From the IMG/VR virus record IMGVR_UViG_3300030117_004050, positions 1 through 38,675 of that record: 38,675 nt of DNA. One strand, given 5' to 3'. The translations under genes and the position numbers were made by a program. The notes below the pieces were generated by a model, which saw only the letters and a list, made by a program, of their open reading frames with translations, did no database searches and was not told the DNA's origin. Within the stretch, counting starts at the first letter, position 1. Each line of letters opens with the position of its first letter. Source of the DNA: a virus. Taxonomy: Duplodnaviria > Caudoviricetes. Positions 26,157 through 34,166 of this stretch are shown here, in pieces.

Positions 26157-28301
26157 ATGAAATCGAAAGATTCAGATACAATTCAGAGTGTAGCTGATGA
26201 GGTTCAGAAAATTATGTTAGGTGAAGAACCAGATCAGCCAGAATTTAATCAAGAGTTAGAAAAAACTCAAGGTAAAGCCTCTAAAAAGAAAACGCCTGAA
26301 GAAGAAGCTGGTGTTGCAAAAGCTGCTGTTCAAGCTGTTAAGGTTGAAGATGTCAACATTTTTGATCTTCCCTTAGACACTATGAGTGAAGCGGATGTAA
26401 TATCACTTAAAGCTTTAACAAAAGATGCCATGGATGCTGTTCCTTTATCTAAAGAGCAATCAGAGTTGATTAATAAAATTAATGTGATTCGTGAACGATA
26501 TAAAATGACCCCTTTACAAATTTTAAATAGTGAAGGACATGATGGGCTTCATGGCGGTCAAAAGAAACTAGACATGAATAAAAATAATAAAGTAGATGCC
26601 GAAGATTTTAAAATGCTTCGTGCAAAGAAGAAACCTGCAAAACGCACCGTGACCATAGATAAACCTGATCGCTTAGTGAGTATGAAAGTTTCTAAAGAAG
26701 AAGTAGAACAGATTGATGAAGTTGAAGTATTACCAAAAGGAGTTACAAGGCATAAAGCTAAATTAGCCATGGGTGCCAAGTATGGTGCGAGTGATTATGG
26801 TAGAGGTGGCGAAGAAGAACAAGAAATGAAAAAAGCCATGACAAGAAAAGCTGAGCCAAAGAAAAGAGGTAGTTATGGCGCTAGACAAAACATTGTTCGT
26901 GGTACCAGAGTGAGTGGTAAAGATGTAAATGAAGATGTTAAAGATATGGAGAAAGTGGCCAAAGAATTAGCGGGAGCTTCTAAAATGCACAAAAAACAAT
27001 CTGAAAGAGTACAAAAGCACGTGGACCAGATGAGTGAGGCCACATTTTTTGATAAACTAACACTACTTGAAGAGGCGCCATTAGAGGCGATAAGTCTTTC
27101 TCTTCAAGAAGGTAAACTGAAAGATATGGTCACAGGTCATATGGATGCTGGCCATGATTTTGATACAGCTGTGAAGAAAGCACAGGCAGATTTAGATAGA
27201 ATGAAAAAACCAAAACCAAAGCAAATGTCATTACCTTTGAAAAAACAAAAAGCAAATGAGGAAATAGATGAAGGTGCTTTAGGCGCTACTGCTGGGGCAG
27301 TTGGCGGTGCAATGGTGGGCGGACCAGTTGGTGCAGCTGTTGGAGGATTAGTTGGACATAAAGCTCAACAAGGTTTGCAAAAGTTAGGTAAAAAAATAAA
27401 AGCAGGGGTTAAAGCATTTAAAAGACCACAAACTGCTGAAGCTTATGACAATGAAGAAAAGAATGAACAACTAGAGGAGGGCACCCCCACAAAAAAGCAA
27501 GTTAAGCAGGGTATTGGTATAGCTCGTGATAAGAGATTTGCAAAAGGTAATATGACCGGTGCTGTAAAAGCCATGGATAAGGTCAATAAAGGTCTCGCCC
27601 AACACCCTGCTGTAGCAAAAGAGCTAAAGAAACAAAATGAAGATGTAGAGCAGTTAGATGAACTATCACCAAAAGCTTTAGGTGATTACGCAACAAAAGC
27701 TGCCGGTGATTTAAGTAGAAGGTCTTATAAATCTGGTGTTGCTAGCATAGCAACAGATAGACCTGGTGGTAGTGATAAAAATTTCAGAAAGATTGCTAAT
27801 CGTACAACAGGTTTAGAAAGAGCTGCTCGTAAGTTAGTTGATAAAGGTCGTAAAATGAAAGGTGGAGTGCCAGAGTCAGTAGAACATATTGATGAACTCG
27901 ATACTAAAACTTTGATGAGTTATAGAGATAAGGCTGAAGATGACCAAGTTGATAGAGCCATGGACATGAAAGGTAATACACCTAAAGCCAAAAAACGAGC
28001 AATGGGTATAGAAAAAGCTAAAAGTAGACTTAAAATGAAAGCTCAGTTATATGGTGGTCGACCAGGTCAATCATCTTATAAAGGTGGTCACTTAGATCCG
28101 AACAAGCCCTTGAAGCCTCAAGTTAAGAAAGAAGAAGTTGAGTACATAGTAGAAAAAAATGTACCAAATAATCCTAAATTATGGTCAAGAGCAAAGTCAT
28201 TAGCAAAGCAAAAGTTTGATGTTTACCCATCAGCTTATGCAAATGGTTGGGCTGCTAGATGGTATAAATCAAAAGGCGGAACATGGAGAAAAGGTAAATG
28301 A
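26157..28301 (+). CDS. Large modular Lys/Glu-rich protein (putative internal head polyprotein)
   Basis: AAGGAG RBS; repeated EEVEQIDE-like linkers separate EF-hand-like, glycine-zipper, ELS..L..Y..KA and YPSAYAN modules. Confidence 0.8.
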   Translation: MKSKDSDTIQSVADEVQKIMLGEEPDQPEFNQELEKTQGKASKKKTPEEEAGVAKAAVQAVKVEDVNIFDLPLDTMSEADVISLKALTKDAMDAVPLSKEQSELINKINVIRERYKMTPLQILNSEGHDGLHGGQKKLDMNKNNKVDAEDFKMLRAKKKPAKRTVTIDKPDRLVSMKVSKEEVEQIDEVEVLPKGVTRHKAKLAMGAKYGASDYGRGGEEEQEMKKAMTRKAEPKKRGSYGARQNIVRGTRVSGKDVNEDVKDMEKVAKELAGASKMHKKQSERVQKHVDQMSEATFFDKLTLLEEAPLEAISLSLQEGKLKDMVTGHMDAGHDFDTAVKKAQADLDRMKKPKPKQMSLPLKKQKANEEIDEGALGATAGAVGGAMVGGPVGAAVGGLVGHKAQQGLQKLGKKIKAGVKAFKRPQTAEAYDNEEKNEQLEEGTPTKKQVKQGIGIARDKRFAKGNMTGAVKAMDKVNKGLAQHPAVAKELKKQNEDVEQLDELSPKALGDYATKAAGDLSRRSYKSGVASIATDRPGGSDKNFRKIANRTTGLERAARKLVDKGRKMKGGVPESVEHIDELDTKTLMSYRDKAEDDQVDRAMDMKGNTPKAKKRAMGIEKAKSRLKMKAQLYGGRPGQSSYKGGHLDPNKPLKPQVKKEEVEYIVEKNVPNNPKLWSRAKSLAKQKFDVYPSAYANGWAARWYKSKGGTWRKGK
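26697..26721 (+). repeat. 25-nt direct repeat, copy 1 (GAAGAAGTAGAACAGATTGATGAAG, encodes EEVEQIDE)
   Basis: Identical to 28910-28934. Confidence 0.9.
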
Positions 28302-29782
28302 AAACTTTAAAAGAACTTAATAAATACACTCTTGCTCGCTATCAAATGAAAGCGGCTGATGACCTTAGATTTAAAGGTGTAGACCAAGGTGCAAAAATAT
28401 CCCATGCTATATCTAAAGGTGGTGATATGAGAAAGACTGACCCAGATATAGAGAAAAGAAGTAGAAAATTAGATAAAAGGGTCATTGGTATTGGTAGAGC
28501 TGCAAATAAACTTACACAAAAAACTAATGAAGAAAAGAAAGTAAGAGGTGTACAGAAAGCTATCAATAGAATCAATGAAGAAGATGAAGCTTATGCAAAG
28601 ATTCATAGTTTTCATGCTCACCCTGATGGTAAGTTTACGATTGGTATAAAGCATAAACCAGGACGATTTGCTGATGAAAGAAAAGTTATGCACACAGGCA
28701 CTATGCAACACTTACAGAAGGTGACAAAAAGATACCCTTTAACAGGTTCAGTTAGTGTTCATTCAGTTAAAACTGGTAGAGAGAATATAAAAGAAGGCCA
28801 TTCAAAGAAGAAGTATTTAAGAAATTTAAAGATGACAATGAATCAGGCGACACTTGGTGATATGTCAACAGCTTTACAAAAAGGCGGTTTTCAAGGTAAA
28901 GGTCAATATGAAGAAGTAGAACAGATTGATGAAGGTATTTTTGGATCTTCAAAAGCAGGAAGAATGAAAAGTCCTGATTATGAATATAATCAGAAACACG
29001 ATAAGATGAAAAGAAACATCAATTACTATACCGAGCCTGTTCAAAAACACGTTGAAAAAGCAGAGAAATCAAAATCTTTGCATCATTTGAAAAGAGCTGA
29101 AAAGACTATGAATCAAATAACAAGTGCTAAAAAAGCAGCTAGGGAATTTGGTGAAGAAACAGAAATACTTGAAGATGGTCACGCAGATGTAGCATCAGCT
29201 ATGAGAAAATGTAAAACAATTATGGAAGATGCTGGTGATATACAAACTAGACTAGCTATGATGGGCACCACAGATTCCTTACCAAGTTGGTGGACAAATA
29301 AACTTGCAGTTGCAGCTGCATATATGGATAGTATGAGAGATTATCTGTTATATCCTACCATGGGTGAAGGCATGGAAAAACAAAGACAAATTAAATCTCG
29401 TATGGGTAAAATGGATACATCTGAAATGGATCCGAGATTAAAATTACCAAAACCAAAAGATAAACAGATGAAGTTGCCATTAAAAGAAAAACATATGACT
29501 GATGATCAAATGGAAAAACGTGAAAAAATTGTAATGGCGATGAAACCTAAAATGAAAGGTTTTAAAGACAGATATGGCGATGATGCTAAGTCAGTAATGT
29601 ATGCAACAGCAACAAAAATGGCCATGAAAAAAGAAGATACAAATCTTTTTGAAAAGGTTAAAAAAAGAAAAGAAATTCAGAAGAAATTAAATGGCAAAGA
29701 CAAGTTTGAAGCTGATCCGACATTGACAAGTCAGATCATGAGGCCTGATAATCCTTCTAATGATAACGATAATAAGATATAA
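28298..29782 (+). CDS. Modular Lys-rich protein (putative internal head polyprotein)
   Basis: MKTLKE start; EL..YTL..Y..KA module; EEVEQIDE and EETEILE linkers; LPSWW..KLA.A...M....DYL and RYG.DA.SVMYATATKMA modules. Confidence 0.8.
   Translation: MKTLKELNKYTLARYQMKAADDLRFKGVDQGAKISHAISKGGDMRKTDPDIEKRSRKLDKRVIGIGRAANKLTQKTNEEKKVRGVQKAINRINEEDEAYAKIHSFHAHPDGKFTIGIKHKPGRFADERKVMHTGTMQHLQKVTKRYPLTGSVSVHSVKTGRENIKEGHSKKKYLRNLKMTMNQATLGDMSTALQKGGFQGKGQYEEVEQIDEGIFGSSKAGRMKSPDYEYNQKHDKMKRNINYYTEPVQKHVEKAEKSKSLHHLKRAEKTMNQITSAKKAAREFGEETEILEDGHADVASAMRKCKTIMEDAGDIQTRLAMMGTTDSLPSWWTNKLAVAAAYMDSMRDYLLYPTMGEGMEKQRQIKSRMGKMDTSEMDPRLKLPKPKDKQMKLPLKEKHMTDDQMEKREKIVMAMKPKMKGFKDRYGDDAKSVMYATATKMAMKKEDTNLFEKVKKRKEIQKKLNGKDKFEADPTLTSQIMRPDNPSNDNDNKI
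28910..28934 (+). repeat. 25-nt direct repeat, copy 2
   Basis: Identical to 26697-26721. Confidence 0.9.
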
Positions 29783-29785
29783 ATA
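29778..29785 (+). promoter_or_regulatory. T4 late promoter
   Basis: Exact TATAAATA overlapping the upstream stop codon, followed by an AAGGAG RBS and the ATG at 29814. Confidence 0.85.
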
Positions 29786-29813
29786 CACAATAACATTCTA
29801 AAAGGAGAAAAAA

Positions 29814-30467
29814 ATGTCGCTTTGGGGAAATACAGACGCCGCTAATAACGTGCCAAAACAGACAGACACAACGGGTTATGGTGGTGATACACCTCAAGTA
29901 ACACCGAATGGTCAAGTATATTTTGCTAACACAGCAATCGGAGATTACATTGATAAAGCCGCTATAGGTATTTTCGGTGTATCAGCCGCAGAACAATCAT
30001 CAGCAGAGGCTAATGTGTCTACTGGTGATGGATCTGGAATACCAGCACACGCCGGTTGGGTACTTAGAAAAGTTGGTACAGGACCTATTACAAGTATTAC
30101 ATCAAATGCTTTTGGTCACTTAGTAAACTCATATATTAACTTTTCAACTGGTGGTGGTAAATCTGGTACAGGTCAGATTCACGCTAACGCTAGAGTATAT
30201 GTAAATTCAACTGGTGCAGTTGTAAATGTAACAATAGGTAACACAGCTGGTAATTATGCTAATACGCCAACTATAGCTAATATTTACTCTTCATTACACT
30301 TTGTACAGAATACAGCACCACTAACAAATAAAGTTGTACAAGGTAGAGCTAACGCCGTGTTCACAATCACAGTAGGTGGGCGTGCAGGTAGAGTTCAAAC
30401 TGAAACTTTAGTTGCAATGGGTTCCATGGTTGGTGATGGTTCTAAGGAAGTGTTTGATAAAGGTTAA
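29814..30467 (+). CDS. Probable virion structural protein
   Basis: Own late promoter, strong RBS, Gly/Thr/Asn/Ala-rich; MSLWG..D, HAGWV and GRAGRVQ.ETLVAM motifs. Confidence 0.7.
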   Translation: MSLWGNTDAANNVPKQTDTTGYGGDTPQVTPNGQVYFANTAIGDYIDKAAIGIFGVSAAEQSSAEANVSTGDGSGIPAHAGWVLRKVGTGPITSITSNAFGHLVNSYINFSTGGGKSGTGQIHANARVYVNSTGAVVNVTIGNTAGNYANTPTIANIYSSLHFVQNTAPLTNKVVQGRANAVFTITVGGRAGRVQTETLVAMGSMVGDGSKEVFDKG

Positions 30468-30472
30468 TGTAG

Positions 30473-30910
30473 TTGAAATTTAAAAAGTTTCGTCAATTAA
30501 ATGAGGTTTCTACAGCTGTAGAACCTGATCAAGCCGAGGAGTTTCACGACCTTCCTGCGAAGGATTGGGGTGAAAACTCCTCATCTTTTTCTAATCCTAG
30601 AGTAAGAGCACAAGTCAATACTGAAATACTCCAGTATATGAAGTTTGGCTTTAGGGTGCCAGAAGAAGGTATATCTATGATTAATAAAGCTCTTCAAAGA
30701 CATGGCTCTATGTTACCATCTACATATAGACCTGCTCAAGAGGGTGAAGAACTTGGTATAGATTTAATGCAATTTGGCCAAGATTCTGGATATAAGATTT
30801 ACATAATTTTCGACCTCGCACATGAAAGTGGTCGCTTTGAGTTTTACGCTGAAGTTGGTGATGAAAAACGAATAGCAGAACTTTTATTAGACGAGGGAAA
30901 AAGAGTATAG
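30473..30910 (+). CDS. Hypothetical protein with a capsid-targeting-like N-terminus
   Basis: TTG start; MKFKKFRQLNE. Confidence 0.7.
   Translation: MKFKKFRQLNEVSTAVEPDQAEEFHDLPAKDWGENSSSFSNPRVRAQVNTEILQYMKFGFRVPEEGISMINKALQRHGSMLPSTYRPAQEGEELGIDLMQFGQDSGYKIYIIFDLAHESGRFEFYAEVGDEKRIAELLLDEGKRV
30536..30590 (+). terminator. Intragenic stem-loop with U-rich tail (putative terminator or attenuator)
   Basis: GAGGAGTTTCAC (30536-30547) pairs with GTGAAAACTCCTC (30570-30582); inner hairpin CCTTC-CTGC-GAAGG; followed by ATCTTTTT. Confidence 0.45.
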
Positions 30911-30918
30911 GAAAATAA

Positions 30919-31314
30919 TTGGCTTTTGAAACTTTAAATAATGAAAATTGGATAATGTATGCTATAAAAGCTTATGAAAAACCAAATTATGTATTGAGTG
31001 AGTTTAAAGATGATTTAAAAAGAATCAACTATTTAAAAAGACTATTTCGCAGATACAGAAAACAAAGCGACATTAAAGAAAGATTAGTATTAAATCATTT
31101 GATAGTTTTAACAAATGTTTTTGGACCAACGGTAACAAGTAGATTATTATTTTTTAAAGTGGCAAAAGAGGATCATTCTATACTAAAAACTTATCTAACA
31201 TTTTTAAATATTATGCCAGATAAGATAACAGGTATAGAAGGTAAAGATATTCATTCATCATCAATACAAATTGATATGGGTATAGCGGAGAAACTTAGGA
31301 AAATAGATGAGTAA
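30919..31314 (+). CDS. Conserved T4-like hypothetical protein
   Basis: YA.K.Y..P, EF.DDLKR..YLKRL, ERL.LNHLI.L.NVFG and LKT.L.FL. Confidence 0.8.
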   Translation: MAFETLNNENWIMYAIKAYEKPNYVLSEFKDDLKRINYLKRLFRRYRKQSDIKERLVLNHLIVLTNVFGPTVTSRLLFFKVAKEDHSILKTYLTFLNIMPDKITGIEGKDIHSSSIQIDMGIAEKLRKIDE

Positions 31315-32086
31315 ATGGTCAGACAAGTACAAAAGAAGTATTGATTGTAGCAACCCCAAAGGCTTTAGTCAAAAGGCTCATTGTGCTGGTCGTAAAAAAA
31401 GATCATTGAAAGAAGCTGGCAGACCATATAGTGCAAAATATATGAAAGCACTTATAAAAGCAGGTCAAGGTAAAACAGCAGATACAGTAAACGTAAAGAT
31501 ACCAAAGAGTGGTCATTTTATAGATGAAGAAGAACTAGACGAAATTTTAACAACAGCAGGTCGAGTTGCAGGTCAATATCTAGGTTCTAAAATAGGTTTA
31601 GATGCTCCTGGTGCTTCCGCCGGTGAGGCGTTAGGTGTTATGGCAGATTATCATACACAAAAGGCCGCAAGAACAGCAAAAGCTAGACTTAAAAAATTTC
31701 AAAGAGGTGTAAAAAGAAAAGGTTATAAAGTTGGTGATGCCGCTAGAGCTGCATTAAACAGACCTAGAAAACCAGCACCTGTAAGAAAAGAACCCACTCT
31801 CACTAAAAATGAAGATGCACCAACAGTAAGTGCAGGATCAGGCCAAGTAGCTGGTATTGGTGTTGGCCCTGATGGTGAACCAGGAGTTAATTTAAAACTC
31901 CCGAAAAAAAGAAAAAAAGAATTAGAAAAGATGACCGCTAAAAAATTAACACCAACTTTTTTATCTAAAGAAGGTCATTGTGCAGGTATTGGCCCACAAG
32001 GTGAAAATGGTATGCCTAAAAAAAGAGGTCGTAAATTTAGAAAGTTGATGCCTTTTATAATGTACATGAAGAGGAATAATGTTTAA
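31307..32086 (+). CDS. Modular basic protein (putative internal head polyprotein)
   Basis: KWS.KYKRSIDC.NPKGFSQKAHC module; LKE, EEELDE and KNE junctions; EDAPTVSAGSG..AG.G module. Confidence 0.75.
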   Translation: MSKWSDKYKRSIDCSNPKGFSQKAHCAGRKKRSLKEAGRPYSAKYMKALIKAGQGKTADTVNVKIPKSGHFIDEEELDEILTTAGRVAGQYLGSKIGLDAPGASAGEALGVMADYHTQKAARTAKARLKKFQRGVKRKGYKVGDAARAALNRPRKPAPVRKEPTLTKNEDAPTVSAGSGQVAGIGVGPDGEPGVNLKLPKKRKKELEKMTAKKLTPTFLSKEGHCAGIGPQGENGMPKKRGRKFRKLMPFIMYMKRNNV

Positions 32087-32576
32087 TGTTTTAAGTGTAG
32101 TGAAAGTTTTATCTTATCTTGGTATCGTTATTATTATTGCAGGTGGACTTTGGTATGTTACAAATCTCAAGGCTGAATTAGCCACATCTGAATCAAATAA
32201 TAAAATACTTGAAGAATCTTTGTCTGATCAAAACGAAGTGATTGAGCAGATGAAGGTTGATATTGCCATGATAAAAGAGATTAATCAAGAAGTAAATGAT
32301 GAATTGAAAAGACAAAGAGAAGAAGTAAAAAATATCGTTGATAAGTTTAATGTAAATGCAAAAGGTGAATCTAGAGATATTGGAAAAATTGCAGCCAGAA
32401 AACCAAGAGCTATGGAAAGACTTATCAATAGAGGCACAAGAAATGCACTTAGATGTTTGGAGATAGCCTCAGGTTCACCTCTTACAAAAAAAGAACGAAA
32501 CGCAAAAACAGAAAGTAAAATAAATCGTGAATGCCCAACTATCGCTAATCCTTCTTATATCCCTGTTTTTCATTAA
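32079..32576 (+). CDS. Putative inner-membrane spanin (Rz-like)
   Basis: Single N-terminal TM segment, long coiled coil, C-terminal cysteines; overlaps a lipoprotein gene. Confidence 0.65.
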   Translation: MFNVLSVVKVLSYLGIVIIIAGGLWYVTNLKAELATSESNNKILEESLSDQNEVIEQMKVDIAMIKEINQEVNDELKRQREEVKNIVDKFNVNAKGESRDIGKIAARKPRAMERLINRGTRNALRCLEIASGSPLTKKERNAKTESKINRECPTIANPSYIPVFH

Positions 32577-32910
32577 CGGGTGTTCAATAGTACCTAAATT
32601 TTGGGGAGATGATGTAAAACCCATTGAAGTAAAACAGGTAGCTGTTGAACGAATTAAACTAAATATAGAATCACCAAAACCATTACAACCTGAAAAGATA
32701 GAGTGGGTTGTAATCACACCAGATAATGTTGATAAAGTTTGGAAAAAACTAAAGAGTAAAAATAAAGATTTAGTTTTATTCGGCCTTACAGATGATGGAT
32801 ATGAAAAACTATCAATTAATATGGCTGAAATTAGAAATTTTATTAATACACAAAGAATAATTATTTTAAAGTATAAGGATTACTATGAAAAAGACGATAG
32901 CGATAATTAG
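32527..32910 (+). CDS. Putative outer-membrane spanin lipoprotein (Rz1-like)
   Basis: GTG start, hydrophobic signal with lipobox INGC, Pro-rich linker and Y..LS.N..EI..FI..Q..I..Y..YY. Confidence 0.65.
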   Translation: MNAQLSLILLISLFFINGCSIVPKFWGDDVKPIEVKQVAVERIKLNIESPKPLQPEKIEWVVITPDNVDKVWKKLKSKNKDLVLFGLTDDGYEKLSINMAEIRNFINTQRIIILKYKDYYEKDDSDN

Positions 32911-33295
32911 TGCGGTATTCATCTTATCTGGTTGTAGTTTATTAGATGCCTATAAAACATCAAAATATGATAGTAATGAATATTTTAGTGTTAATCAAAT
33001 AAGAACAATCGCTGAAATAGCCGAACCTTATTGTGATACAGGTGCTATAGATTATTCTCTGATAAGACAAATATATATAAGTTCTTCACTAGCGGTTAAT
33101 TATACTCAGTATTTACCGGAAAATAAAGATTCACATGAACTACTAAAAGGTCTACATAATTTAGTTGTGGGCTTTAAAACACAATATGATAATAAAGGTG
33201 GCCGAATTTCTAAAGCATATTGTAGTTTAAAACTTAACTCTATCAAAAGATCAGCCGAGAAAATTCAACAAGTCATGGGGAGTAAATCTAGATGA
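32885..33295 (+). CDS. Lipoprotein
   Basis: MKK, hydrophobic core and lipobox LSGC. Confidence 0.8.
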   Translation: MKKTIAIISAVFILSGCSLLDAYKTSKYDSNEYFSVNQIRTIAEIAEPYCDTGAIDYSLIRQIYISSSLAVNYTQYLPENKDSHELLKGLHNLVVGFKTQYDNKGGRISKAYCSLKLNSIKRSAEKIQQVMGSKSR

Positions 33296-33441
33296 AACTA
33301 GATTGGGAGAAAGATCCTAAAAAACAATCAGGCGGCTCAGAATGGAAACCCATTCTAAAATTTTGGATAATTGCTTTTGTAATAATAGGAACCTTACTAT
33401 TAGCCACAGCATTTGCTTTTGCACCATTTAAAATTAGTTAA
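33292..33441 (+). CDS. Small single-TM membrane protein (49 aa, not in the ORF track)
   Basis: ATGA overlap; MKLDWEKDPKKQSGGSEWKPILKFWIIAFVIIGTLLLATAFAFAPFKIS. Confidence 0.7.
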   Translation: MKLDWEKDPKKQSGGSEWKPILKFWIIAFVIIGTLLLATAFAFAPFKIS

Positions 33442-33450
33442 GGAGTTAAA

Positions 33451-33657
33451 ATGAAATTGACAGAACTAGAACACTCATTTGCAGAAATAAACAAAGAATA
33501 TGATGAGGGTAATTTAGAAAAAGAAGAGTATAAAGACCTTTTGCAAGGTTTGGAGATTGAACAAACCATAACTGAAAATGCTGACGAATTACACCGTAAA
33601 CAAGAATTACAAAAAAATATTGAAATAGCTATCAAAGCAGTTTCAGCCATATTCTAA
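33451..33657 (+). CDS. Small acidic hypothetical protein
   Basis: AAGGAG RBS; TAATG coupling to the next gene. Confidence 0.75.
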   Translation: MKLTELEHSFAEINKEYDEGNLEKEEYKDLLQGLEIEQTITENADELHRKQELQKNIEIAIKAVSAIF

Positions 33658-34166
33658 TGCCTGATACAAGAGAAATTCAAGAATTAAAATTAGATGTTGG
33701 TTTATTAAAAAGAGATATAAACCAAACTAATAAATTATTGGAAAAACTCTCAGTATCAATAGATAAAATACAAGAGCTAAATGTCAATGTTTTACAAATG
33801 TTATCATTACATGAAGAGAAACTTGACCAAAATGAAAAAAATAGAAGTAATGTAAAAAATGATATAAAAGAGTTACACTCTAGGGTGACTACAGTTTCAA
33901 GAGAGGTACATGAAAGAATAGATCAAGTACCTAATCAAATCACCTCTGTGCATGAGAGAATAGATCAAATAGAATCAGCTATTAATATAAGACTTGATTC
34001 TTTACGAAAAGATTTATTAGATCATAAAAAAGTTGATAAAGGCAGATGGACTAAAACTATATCTGAAGTAGAAAAATATAAGTGGTTAGTTTTAGGCATA
34101 GCAGTAACAGCTGCATTTTTCTTAGGTAAACTTGATGTAAACTCTTTGTTATCGCTTGTAATTTAA
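33657..34166 (+). CDS. Coiled-coil protein with a C-terminal membrane anchor
   Basis: Heptad-rich, HEE motif and EKYKW followed by a hydrophobic tail. Confidence 0.75.
   Translation: MPDTREIQELKLDVGLLKRDINQTNKLLEKLSVSIDKIQELNVNVLQMLSLHEEKLDQNEKNRSNVKNDIKELHSRVTTVSREVHERIDQVPNQITSVHERIDQIESAINIRLDSLRKDLLDHKKVDKGRWTKTISEVEKYKWLVLGIAVTAAFFLGKLDVNSLLSLVI

Noticed and set aside
26697-28934. Linker repeats considered as a CRISPR array
   Set aside because: They are in-frame coding, irregularly spaced by hundreds of bases, mostly degenerate and not palindromic, and there are no cas genes.
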